The position numbers were made by a program, and so were the translations under genes. A stretch of 64,000 nucleotides of DNA from Catajapyx aquilonaris (taxonomy: Eukaryota). This document shows, piece by piece, positions 40,601-53,140 of this stretch (the first letter of the stretch is position 1; the number at the start of each line of letters is the position of its first letter). Below the pieces are notes generated by a model. It had not been told where the DNA came from and ran no database searches. It worked only from the letters and a program-made list of their open reading frames with translations. The DNA lies in the NCBI GenBank assembly GCA_000934665.2, contig KZ537998.1:1-64000 (forward strand), given 5' to 3'.

Positions 40601-41321
40601 GAAAACAAAGCCGACTTCAATCCAGGCAGAAATACTCGTGCTTAAAAACTAGGTCAACTGTTCGGTTCATCACGTAAGCTTATGAATATTTACACAAATA
40701 GCGGTCCATTTTTGTATGCATTAATAGGTTCATGCGCCTAGCCAAGCTCCATTTGAACTGTGTTTCAATAACGTTACAAAGTGATGATTCAGGCACGCGG
40801 TCTACAAACAAACAAATAAATTAATCACCACCAACGGCCAATTGGTCATTGTCACTTTGTCCAAATTTGAACTGCGGTTCTCCCAGTTCATTCACTGTTA
40901 TCCTAGACTTAACACTGTTTGCAAATAGACACAATACGGTGCTGAATTCTATTCATAATATTAGTGCACGCGTAATATGAAAGTACTATTCAAGCAAGGG
41001 TAATATAATATTCATAGTGGATGGTAATTACTCTTCAGTTAATAATACCGTAATTATGTAAACACTATTAGCCATGACAATAATTACAGTATAACAATGA
41101 AAACATTTACACAGCATTGTTTACACACGTGCTTGGCAGCAATTTATTAATGCAGTTACAGTAGCAGTTCCCTGCAGCATATAACACTGATGTAAGAAAC
41201 TAATAATTGCGTTCTTTCACAGTAAGCTAATATGAGACACATTTCCACAATAAAAATTAACTACCACTAATGACATTAATATATTACTGTAACAATTACA
41301 GTAACAACTGATAAGGTCCAC

Positions 41322-41455
41322 GGGGTGGATTCATCAAATGCCGTAAGCCATTTGCGTCGTAACCATAGTTACTAATGATTAACTAACTACGGTTACGACT
41401 GGTTACGACTAAAATTTGACTTACGACTTACGACATTTGATGAATCCATCTGCCC
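41322..41455. mobile_element. PIF/Harbinger-like MITE
   Basis: Termini GGGGTGGATTCATCAAATGCCGTAAG / CTTACGACATTTGATGAATCCA; internal TTACGAC repeats. Confidence 0.7.
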
Positions 41456-43739
41456 TGCATATTTTCAACGACCCCTTTTCACTAATAGCCCAATCAATTA
41501 GCACGACAAAGAGTTCCAAAGAAAACAAATGCATGACTCAAATATGATAGTCACACATTACTTACTGTATACATGCATGTCTCATAGGCTAAATCACTCG
41601 TTCATTCACAACTCAAAATACAAACAACGAACTTTAATCTCTGGCACAATAACACAAGTTAATTTCTTTCCGTTATAGGCCTCATCCTAAATCCTATGCA
41701 ACCCACAATGCTTCTCTTCCTAGCATAGGCATTAGGCAAGCATGACTAGAGGCTTCCATTTTTTATTTTTTTGTGTGCTACCCCCATCCCAACCTCCAGC
41801 GTAAACATGGGGGAGATTATTACAAGTAGATGAAATTACATCATCATTACGATAAGGGAAATTAAGTCGAGGCCCGCACACACAGTATAAGGCCCTCGAG
41901 GGAATGAAGATGATTGCAGCCCAACATGAAAGCGGGGGACTCAAATCACGCGAGAAGTAATGCAGAGGAAACAGGATCAAAGTTGGCAGCTGAAAAGTGC
42001 TGCTGCTTCTATCTTCTTCTCTTTTTTTCACTCCACCCTTTCTCTCTATCCAGGCGGAGATTGTTCTGAGAAATTTGGGTCAAATGTCAGGCCTCAGATA
42101 GTGGGATCCAAAGGCCAACCAGGCAGGTTGTCACACCTCAGCTCAAATTATTGGAGGGTCGGTTTCAGTACTCGACTAGGTGGACTGACATGTCACAGTC
42201 AAAGGGTAATTAAAACACCGCATAAATATGCAAATGCCCTATAAATGTGAAGGTTCAGTGAAAATAAGTTAGTATAAGTTAACCCAGATATTCCTAATTA
42301 TTTTTTGTTTAATTTTTACATATTTTTATTTTTATGAACAACTACGCAATGACTTCGTACTGTACAATAAGTGTCCTATACTTAGGACGCCATGCATATT
42401 TAAAGCGCGAAACGACTTTGTGCGTCGCTGTCCGGTGTCGAACAACCACAAAACTTCATCTAAAATTCCCCCTGACCTTTTCCACCGCATTTTGTACTCA
42501 TTAAGTGGTTCCTCCTCCAGGAAGCCTGATACCAAACGTCTAATTTACATCCCTTAACAGAGTGGCTCCCACGCCGCCCCAGCCATCACCCCCTCAGTAG
42601 TTTCCCAACGTAATCTGGCCCAACACTCCCCCACAAAACAGCAGACCAGAAACCCTTGCAACAAAGTTTTCTTTCGCTTACTTTGCATACACGAATCTCT
42701 AAGGGAGCACCAACCCTTGGCTTTTCTTGCGCGACTTGTGGCAAAATCAGAGCAGGACCCCGCCATGTCCCACCTCAGCTCAGGAAAATATATTCGTCAG
42801 CTGGAGTTGACGCGAAGATCTGGAGAAGCTTGGGCTGCGGTATTCCTCTCCAGTCAGAAATCCCTCGTCCTCCAAAAGTTTGGAGCAGGTGTACGGTACG
42901 TGCACTAACGCAATCAAGAAGCTTCATCCCACTGACATTCGGATTTTTCCTCCTTCTTTCTATTTTCTCAGGTTCTCTCTCTCGGCAAATGCCAGCCTGG
43001 AGAAAAGTTAGCCCTGGCATTGACACGTGACTTTTAGAGCCAAAAGTCTTCCGGATGAAACATTCCGACCATTAGTCTACGTCAGAGATCTCTTTGTTTA
43101 GATCTGCTTTTTTTTGTTGGTTGTGTGTCGCTTTTGGTCCCGATGGGAGGAAAAAGCTCACAATAACAAAGGAGAAGGAAAACCGAAGCAATATCGATTT
43201 TTGAGCTATTTTTTGGAAAGAGGTGAAAGGGTGCATGTCAACTGTCGCCAGGTTAGTGCAAGAGCGATGTACAGGCATTTAAATCGTTTGTTGGTGATGC
43301 TTGCTGTCCTCATCGATCCTTGCGGTGCCAGTACTTTTGCTGCAGAGTTCAATGATACGGAATTTGAGAGTCAGTAAAACATGAGGATTTGCAGCCAACT
43401 TAAACGGTGTGATGCAGTCACAGAGAGACTGTTAATTGGTTAATTAGTACACCTCTGATCTCGCTTCGACTGGACACCTCCAAATTGTCAAAGTGAATAC
43501 GACCAACCTGTTCTGCAGGACATTTAAAATGACACGTCGGTATAGGCTCATCATCCATGATAGGCTTTTAGCCTCTTACAGGGGACGTTTTAATTGGCCG
43601 ACTTTATTATTTATCGCCTCATTTTTGATGGACATGCACAACATATTTAACGAGAGAGATATTAACACGGGGGGCTAAGACATGAGTGCGAAAAATCTGC
43701 TGCTTAGGCGTTTAGGTTTCCAAATTCTGAATTTACCCA

Positions 43740-43865
43740 GGTCAAATCCAAGATGACAATCATCCTGACTGGCTTTGGTGTGAGTTTTCCCGGCCACTTC
43801 CGAGGCAATCCCGGTATGGTTTTCTTTCAAGAATGGCCAAAGGAGCTTCCTTCCTTTCCTCTCCG
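43740..43865 (+). mobile_element. Diverged relic of the SINE family at 58121-58463
   Basis: GGTCAAATCC..GTTTTCCC..GAGGCAATCCCGGTATGGTTTCTT..GGCCA..GCTTCCTTCC mirrors the body of the 58 kb SINE. Confidence 0.5.
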
Positions 43866-44066
43866 GTTATCCCTTGAAATGTGTCGTGCATATAGAAGTG
43901 GGCAGCCAGCACTACGAATAAAGTTGGTTGGGCGATGAAAGGCCCTCCGGGTGCCATAACGCCTGATTCCCTGCTTACAAACAACAACAGTACAACACCG
44001 TGCCACCTGCAAATGCATGAAATAAGGTATCATCCTACAGGAGACCTGCAAGTATGGCGATTTAGC

Positions 44067-44300
44067 TTATTCAATATATTGTGGCGGTTGAGTGTCAGGA
44101 TTAGAAAATGAACGATATACTTCTTGGGTGCTGACACGACCTCGACAAGAACAAGAGTAACGATTGAACAGAAGCATGTTCCGTCCTGAACCCCGGTCCT
44201 CTGGGATTATGGGATGAAACGGATGAGAGGGTCGAGATGTCGCGCTTGTGATGAAGGACAGGTTGGTGGAGTCCATTCTTGGCCGAGTTCCTATCCACCC
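44067..44300 (-). pseudogene. Possible degenerate 3' end of a non-LTR retrotransposon ORF2 (CR1/L2/Rex-like)
   Basis: Translation ..RPSHPFHPIIPEDRGSGRN..Y......R.ST..YRSF resembles the HPLH.LLP...R..RT.RY..SF C-terminal pattern of LINE ORF2. Confidence 0.4.
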
Positions 44301-47300
44301 TGATTTTTGGCTAAGAACCTCAGTTGACAGATGTGCTCCATAATCCAGTGCAGATTGCCAGGATGCAAGAATAATTAATCGCTATTTTCATCTCCCCAGG
44401 GAATAATGAACGGTACTGTAAGATAATGCATTAGTGATCACGAAAATAACCGCAATCAAACATATCGGATTGGTATACTGCGTGTCACCTTCACCCGGTC
44501 AAAGCTATACAAGTAGGACCTGCGGCATATTGTAAATTGGTCTGTCCGGTCAAGTACGTCTGGCTGAAAGAGGTCAGGGACAGTGCAGTATACAGAGTGC
44601 AATTGAAAAGTCTCGCTATCGCGACTTCCCGAATGGGCCCCATCCAATTGCCTACTATTTGTTGCTGGAGGCAGAAGGATCCAGAGACAATGGAGCATGA
44701 AAATGCGTCGCATAAGTTGCAAGGCTATATAATCCGATAGTTTCACGCACATAGCTTGTTGGGGACAGTTTGCCACTCAGTAAGGAAACACGATGCAAGA
44801 ATATTATAGGTCGATACATGATGATGATAATAACAACACTGACAGGCTCACCGGCGGTAAAGTTTACAACTCGAAGCCTGCAGCATAATTATTAGCAGCA
44901 AAGACTTGCAACAGCTGATAACTTGGATATAAGTCTCGGAAAGTTGGGCTTGTAGAAGGTGGAATGACGTAGCTTGAAATGGGGCCGAAGGAAGCAGCAC
45001 TTTGCAGGAATTAAGTCGTGCGACCATGCAGTGCCAAACTAAATCTGGATCAACAACCCACAGCTACTGAGGATGAACCTGACTTTAGGCATGCATTTAC
45101 TCTAAGGCGGTACTGTGGTATGTAAGATTTTCGACTTTGATTACCGCTTCCTTCTTGTACTGCACAATCCAGCGCTGATTGCTAGGTCAATTTACGGAAA
45201 TTGTGATTCTGTAATATAATTTTTCACCATCATTAACTACTACGGACATTTCAATTGGAACATTGCAGACTTACCAAATGGACCAGCGTGGAGTAGCATA
45301 TAATTATACATAATCGATTAGAATAGCTTATTTTTCCAGAAAAAGTTTTGACGCAACCAGATGTGTACTTTTTTGACGAAACCGGCATGGGAAAATGTAA
45401 ACGACAGGAGAATACGAGTTGAAATTATGTGCTGCAGAAAACCACAAAAAAGTGCCTTATGACATGCATGTATGTATAATTCTTCCACACGTGTGTCACC
45501 TGACACGTTTTGGTGCGTCTCAGCACGTAATTAGGATTATGTAATGTGTCATCATATGTCATTTGACACAAAACGTGTTGACAAGATTGCCTGACACGTA
45601 GTGTGTCATATGATAGATAGGTCTGCGTCTGTAGTTGTCATAATGCATTGCTTTGGCGCTTTCTGTCATGCGTATTTGATACGCTGGTTACCCTGCTATT
45701 TTCTCAACGGCTCCCACTAAAATGTTTGGTAAACATTTACTTTAGATTATGTATGCGCAACCATAACCAACACGCAACCAACCTAACCAAAATTAAACGC
45801 GCTTCCCGGGTATAAAATTGCTGCCTTCCCGTACAGTGTCACACAGTGGCATGATTTCAACTGTTCCAACCCAGTAAAGTTTCGCATCCCACAACACAGC
45901 TCTGACAGCTCAACATGTTATTAATTTGATGTCTGTGGCTCTGGGGCATCCTTGAATGGGGCCCAGGCTGCCATCCTCCCAAGACACAGCCCAGAGAGTG
46001 ACAAGCCCAAGCATCGGGCTTGCATTGAATACGTCCCCGAGACAATCGGGTGTCAGTCGTTGGCATAAAACCGTCTGCGTCCTCATCCGAAGTGAGGACT
46101 GCTCTGGGGGGGGGGGGGGNGGGTTGACCGGTGTTGCCTATGCCCTTCTCCTCTTCTGTGGAAAATTGGAAGCTGAGTATAGCCTCCATTTTCCCTGCGG
46201 TTACATGTCAACAAAACAGTTTCCTGTGCGCCCATAAAAGTGTGGCAAAGGCAGATAAAAGCGGAACGGGAAGACGTCTTCGGAGGTGTTGGGAATGGGC
46301 CACGGGACCCCAACGACTGATGGTCTCTCTTTTAACCTCCACTGGGTGCACTTGAGTAGCTGGCTGCTCACTAAACAGTGGCGGAGCTCTCACTCCCAAC
46401 TTCTCCCACAGTATCCCCTGCTATTGATCCCTTCTCTTCTCCATTCCAACACCCCACCTACCCCCATCAGACCACCACCTCTGGTCCCCACACACACTCG
46501 CCACGTCGCGTCGTCTCCCTTTTCTCTGATACACCTGCTACCCAGTTGCAGTCCGCATCATAGGTGATGCCAACCAGAACTAAACGGAGCAGTACTGGGG
46601 TATATCAATATGATCGAACAAAAGCAGAGGCCAGCATGTATAATTATTTTAAAGTGTCATTCCACATACGTAGCTATGGTCAGGAAGTGTGGTGAGTCAT
46701 AACACATCAGCCTTGCATAGCAGCTGTCAGCAGTATAAATATGTGTGACACAGAGTCATTAACCATAAAGAAATATGAACCAAATGCAACGTTGCGTAAT
46801 GCACTGTCCCATTACGAAGCCTTCATTATAGTCAGCTACAGGACAACGAGGGCACGCAAACTTGCCATAAAATTTCGCTGATGCAGACTACTAGCCTTTA
46901 AAGTGCAAACGTGACATTTGTACCAGCATTACTCATACTCATCTCGGTATGAACAAGCTAAAATATAATATCGCACTCGGAGAATGAAAATGCAAGAGCA
47001 TTACCGATGCTCGTGCATTTTGTAATTGTATTTGTCTTATCGTTTGGGTTCACACACTGGCGCCCGTCCCCAACCAAACTGCTATAACTGCAGTATGAAC
47101 ACCTATCTAGTCCAGCCTAGAACTTATTGTGCAGAACTAGTACAGTATGCACATCGTATAAATGTAAAACTGCATACCCATACTCTGTACTACTATCATG
47201 ATCAAGTTAGCCAAAGAGCTTTTCACCCTCAGTGATTTTCATACTATTATGTGATAAAGACACCTGGCCATGTAAATTATCTACACACTACAACCAAGGG

Positions 47301-48135
47301 GACGTACTGTACATTAACTTCATTGTTAGAAGAAATTTCATTAGGGACTGTGCATGTCATGAACCGGATCATACTGACGGGGTCAAGCTACAATAATTAT
47401 AGCTGAATGCACTGTAACCATTGCGAGCATTCACTGGTTACGCTGACAATAATCTGCATCATTACATCATGGCCCCGCTATGAACTCCCCCATCGGGCGT
47501 ACAGTGCAGTAATTGTAGGGCTCAGAGCTCAATGTTAATAAGTCGCACTGGTGCTATTAAGGTGTAAGTTCAGAGCCAGTATTGTATCGGCCAATTGATA
47601 CACCTTACTTGCATAGCGTGACTTAGCAACATGATGGCAACTCTGAATCTCTGGAGTAAATTATCCCCTTTTCAAGAAATGAATTCGTAATTATATTAAC
47701 GTAGACTCTATGATGGACTGATGATTAACATAGATTAATTATACTGCCTAATCAAGTAATCATAAATTCCAAGAAACCCGAATAATTTTGCAGCCTGCTG
47801 TGGACCTGTGCAGGGTGGCGAATTGCCCCTCTATATCCTATATACACTTACAAGAGTGCGGAGAAGCAGGGAGTGGGAATAGGAAAACCCACAGAAATAG
47901 AAGGATGGACAATAAGATTAAAGGTGTCTTTGTGACTGCTCACCTTTGTGGAGGGTGAAATGAGCCGGTCACGGCGCTGTCTCCTTCCTATACTCCCCAA
48001 TTAAGGTCTGTTTCTTGGAAGAAAATAATATTGCAATATAATACCCCTTTTATCTGGCCGGTATTCGTCACTGTATTCATTATAGCAATGCTTTGTCACG
48101 CGGTGTATGGTTAAAATAACCTCTACCTTGAGGCA

Positions 48136-48413
48136 GGGAGACGGAGTGGCGCCGCGGTAACGCGTGCGCCCACGGAAGTTAAGGTCCCGGGTTCAATCCC
48201 CACCCGGGGTTCCCACCTTCTTTCGTGCAGAGTGAGACCGTCTCTGGCTTCGTTTCGGGTGGCGATCCTTTCACATATGCCACCCGGGGGAGTTCACAAA
48301 ACGGCACATCAACGACATTGCACACGCACTTTGCACATCCCCTCCTACCTACCCTTGGAANCCCCCCCCTAAAGGTAATGTAACTCCCAATGGGGTAATG
48401 CAAAAAAAATAAT
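48136..48413 (+). mobile_element. Full-length tRNA-derived SINE with 21-bp TSD
   Basis: A box TGGCGCCGCGG, B box GGTTCAATCCC (48190-48200), A-rich tail; exact TSD AATAACCTCTACCTTGAGGCA (48115-48135, 48414-48434). Confidence 0.9.
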
Positions 48414-50130
48414 AATAACCTCTACCTTGAGGCACAGTGTACAGCCGTGCGTCTCATATTATTCCTACATTGATAGTAGAGTGTTGCTAATGCACTGCTG
48501 AGAGAGGTACTGACATTTGCGAGTGTTAAGGTGATGGGAATGAAGAGCATTAATTACTTTCACACGTTAGTTATAATGCCTGTTTGGAACACACAAAACT
48601 GAGTCTTTACACATTCCGTTGGATGTATGTATACAGTATGTTGATTGAAATATGATCAAGCATTCATAGGTCCTGCAGAAATTACTCCCACATTAATTTG
48701 CGAATCAGAAAAGAGTCACAACGCTGTGCAAAATTGAAACTTCGCCTGCAGCAGTAAACGAAAACAGAGGTATTGAAAAAGGTTTCGCGCAAACAGCATT
48801 CCCCCAACTGATATCACACTGGTTAAATGTATAACTGTGCAAACACGTCTCCAGGTGCGATAACAGGCTACCAAAAATATCAAGAATGTATGAATCGCGT
48901 CGGATCGCGGACTACACATACATAAGTTATTTTGATAGGAAACGTCAGTTACAATGTTTAGGCTGAGCCCGAGAGACCCATGGATGCCAGCAGACTTCAT
49001 GATCGACATGCATTATGTGAGAGCCGCCTAAACAAGGCAGTCTGGAAAATCCCGATGTTATGCCTCCCCCACCACCAAGGTCCCCTCAGGGTGGGGTAGA
49101 AGGCAACGAAACAATTTTGCGGCAAGGAACGTAATGAAAGATCCAACAGCCCCCGACTCTGTTCAATGAAAATTCAGGGGTCTCTCCCAAGAAACAGCCG
49201 CGGAAAAGCTGACGAAAACATTACACGCCTCAATTTGCGCTTTTCCCGAGAGGTATTCAAGTACCTCCGAAGCAATCCGACGTGCCCCAAATTCCTACAA
49301 CTTCTTCCTTTCTCTCAAAAACTCTTCCTCCAGGTGCATCTCCCCCCACGTTAGGAATGTCTGGGAAGGAATGGACCCAGTTGCTAGTTAGTGTTGCCCT
49401 CATCTCGATCTTGTCCCCTCGGTTGTTAGACGGCAACGTCGAGGGTTGGTGAAAATTCGATATCTTTTGCGGGATGACTCTTCCCCCACCTTACTTTCTT
49501 ACCCCACCCTGAGCATGGGCCACGTGCCGCGTCGTTTCTGCCAGAACAAGAAGGTTAGGGGATGGAAGAGGAGGAGGAGGAGGGAAGAAGGGACCTGAAG
49601 GAAGAAATGAAATTGCCTTCATTTCACGTTGCCTTCTACCCGTGAGCAGCTGCAGTTTGGGGAACTCCCCGAGACAATAAAGCCAGCTTCCCAGAAAGCA
49701 ATAGACCAAGTTGGCAAGATAAGAAGGAGGAGGAGGCAGGGGGAGAGCTTGTAAAGGTTATGAGCTTTAACCTACTCAAACCTGCCCTCTCTTGTCCTTG
49801 TCTCTCTTCCTTACTCTCTATCATGTGCCTCGTTCGGCCAGACCCCCCCGAAGCTCGTCTCCTAACAAAAAAAGTTTGATTGGCTGAAAACGACTTGATC
49901 CGAAAGCCCCCTAGATTTGTGAGGGAGGGTAACGGCAGTGTGGAAAACAATGAGGCAATGTTGGTCGTTAAAGTAAGATGGCGCCTTATAACGGCCCATT
50001 TTTGGCGGAGGAAAGTTACGGGGTACGTGTTGACATGTCCGGTCTTTGGCGGTGTGGGAAGTTTGTATGGAAGCGTGTGCATTTACAGTCAGTATTCAAG
50101 TAGTACAGTATACATGCCTAGTACGTACAG

Positions 50131-50410
50131 TAGTGCTGGACATTAATTCTGCCATACTGCTAGCGACATTTCTGATGCGGCAGACATGCAAATCGAAGTG
50201 ATACAGTGCGAGCCGTGCGAGTAAGAAATGGTAGCCCTTGGGTGACGTCACTTGCTGGAGGACAAGCCTTTTCTTCATTGTCCCCCAGCCGGTGACGTCA
50301 CTAAAGGCCTACCTCTTACTCGCACGGCTCACACTCTATCACTTTGATTTGCACTTCTGCCGCATCAGACAATGTCGCAAGCAGTATGACGTGATTAATG
50401 TCCAACACTG
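50131..50410. mobile_element. 280-bp foldback MITE
   Basis: Almost the whole element is self-complementary (TAGTGCTGGACATTAAT.. / ..ATTAATGTCCAACACTG); TGACGTCA in each arm. Confidence 0.85.
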
Positions 50411-52584
50411 TATCATGTAAAAAAAACCCGTTTTGGTTTGACGTATCCTGGTGTGATGCAACCATCAGTACTTGACCGATTATATCGCCAGGATGATTAT
50501 GTCAAACCAAAACTATTTTTGACAGGTAAAACCTGCCACTGTAAATCCATAGACAGGATATTCAAAGCTGTCATTTGGCGCTAATCACCACACTTTCAAC
50601 GCATGGCCAGCATAATACGAACTCTTTGTCCTCCCGTTAGGAATGCCCGGATGTTTGCCAATGTCCTGATCACTACACGGTCACTTTTAAGCACTTTTCA
50701 CGGCTAATTGGAAACAGATAGTTCCATTTTCAGGTCTATTAAACCTAACCAAAGTGTGAACACAGCGGATGATGTTGCCATGTTTCAGGTGCCTATTGGC
50801 ATTCACCGCAACTGATTGGCCCTGTGGCCCTACCTAAGGTTTGGTTCCAAACGATACCAATTAACCTGTTTGCCATCAGTCACGTTCAGAAATCGCATGA
50901 AGCGCAAATCAACCCGTTTGCGTCTATCCCACGCACGTATCCTTATTAAGCCCCAGATTGAAGCGCAATGACTGAATTACCGCCGTAATCCTACCGCTGA
51001 ACCCAACGGAGGGTCCATTTTATCCATCGGTAGTTAGAAGCCAATTTGACATCAATTTCAGGCCCTGGAACCGAACTTTGGCACACCTGCCAGGACGGTT
51101 CTATAGATCCCCACGTACTCTGGAATTGGGATGAGTGGCAGGAGATTTGTGGCCCCGGTTCGGGCTTCCCATTCACGTTTTATCCGGGGGAACGTAACGG
51201 CCGATTTACTTCGGGCCCTTGCCCCAATCCCAACGATTGCCCCCGCCATGCAGGCACCCGGAAATACATGCCCCTACTGTACTGTAGCAGACGATGGAGC
51301 CAACTCTCGCAGGGATACTGGATCTCAATGGAATATTCCGGCCTGATCCTTCCAGGCACTGAAGTGCCTGATTACCAAGTTCGCACAATGTTGTCATGAA
51401 CTTTCATATCAAGTCTTTGGGTTATTCGTGGTTAAATTGGCCTTATAGTAAGAATAGTCATCATTTTAACATGAGGCCCGTTTGCTGCTAGCAAAACAGC
51501 AGTTTCGTGTTATTTCACCACTCCTATTGAAAACTGAACGCAGGAGTGTTTTGGAGCACATGGCAGGCGTTGAAGTTAAGCTTTCGTGACACAAACAGCA
51601 GACAAAAAATTTCTGGTGTATGTAACTCGGGCAGGCTTCCTGGGCTAAACATCGTTATCATTATCATGTATCCTCGGGGCCAGTGCACAGGAGCCAAAAG
51701 GCCAGCCCTAGCTGCCTTTATGGCCAGGGCTGGGGCTCCTATTACACACAGCGTGCTAATGAATATGATCCCGCCACTAGCTTGGGGAACGCGCCAAAAT
51801 TAGTCCGTAACATTGCTTCACCAGCTGTTAAGGTTATCCATACCGTAGTCCGCTCGAGGTACAAGAGGTCACAGTGTCCACTGCCATCAACACCGGACTA
51901 TGACTGTGACCTCTGTGCTAGTCAGATCCAGCCTCATCATTTCCTTGTTTCGAAGACAAAATCCTGCGATAATTACCCTCTGCTTCATATCCACGCTTAC
52001 GAACATAAGGTATAATAATTATTGTACTATACAATTTATTCACTCTAGTACAGTACCGGTATATCAAGAAAATTGCAGTTATTACTGAAAGTTAGATAAT
52101 ACCTGGTAATTACACGATTCAAAGTATTTATTACCCAGAGATATTGCCCTATAAAGTACTTATGTGGTACTAGCAGCTTATAGTTTGCAGCAGTGATGCA
52201 AAAAAGAACATGTCACACATTTTTGGTAGCTTTGCCATTTTATACACATTTTATATCAGGCCGGTTAGTAGGCTACTTCGATGCATATGCATTACTTACG
52301 ATCATATCCTGCGTTTATATAATTGCAGATCCAATAACGACAATAGTTCGAACTGGGAAGTAGATTAGTCCTAGACTAAAGGATATCATTCATTAACCTA
52401 GTCTGCAATGGGCAGATATTGATTTAGCATATAGTCGCGTTAGTATATAGGGCTTTGTATCTAGCACCCAAATCCCAAAGCTGTAGTATAGGGTATAGGC
52501 TATAACATACTTATAAGTCTTCCAGTGAAACGGGTCACCTTTTCCTTCACCATCGCCGATTTCCATAAAATTACTTATATGTCA

Positions 52585-52625
52585 GCTCCTGGTAGCTCAG
52601 TGGTTAGAGCACCCGATTCGCAATG
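52585..52625 (+). pseudogene. tRNA-like 5' fragment (A box/D arm only)
   Basis: GGTAGCTCAGTGGTTAGAGCACC; no B box or 3' half follows. Confidence 0.45.
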
Positions 52626-52912
52626 CCAATTGTAGGTACGGTATATCTGTGTATCTCTTAAACAAAGAGTTTCCCTAACTAACAATTGGTTCTCTACATA
52701 CAGGGGCCGATAATGTCATTTTTTTGTGTGCAAGACATGTTTTGGAGTCTGAAAATGCACCGTAAATACTATTGGAAGGATGAGAGTGATACATGATTTT
52801 ACAAAAGATCCCCCCCCCCCCTTTCTTGTGAATACACCTGTTTTTTCTCATTCTAAAAAAATGACCTCAAAATTAATTTTCAAATACACAATATTTGGTT
52901 TTTTCGCGGAGG

Positions 52913-53140
52913 TGTAGATGGCCGAGATGGTAACGTCTCGGCTTGCTGAGTGAAAGGCCCCAGGTTCGATCCCTGGGGAACTTTCCTTTCACCTGCGTCA
53001 GGAGGGTCTCTGACCTGCACCTTGGAGGTGTCTGGCAACCTAACCTCCTGGGGAACAGCACATGACCCCTTTTACAGACCTTGCACTTGCACCTATGTTC
53101 CCTCCCCAAAAATCCCTACATCCTTGACTCCTTGCACCGG
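52913..53140 (+). mobile_element. tRNA-derived SINE, fuller copy of the 7515-7704 family
   Basis: A box TGGCCGAGATGG, B box GGTTCGATCCC, body shared with the inverted copy at 7.5-7.7 kb. Confidence 0.82.

Noticed and set aside
51046..51399. 117-aa Trp/Cys/Gly-rich ORF
   Set aside because: Non-ATG start, no recognisable family, no clear splice context
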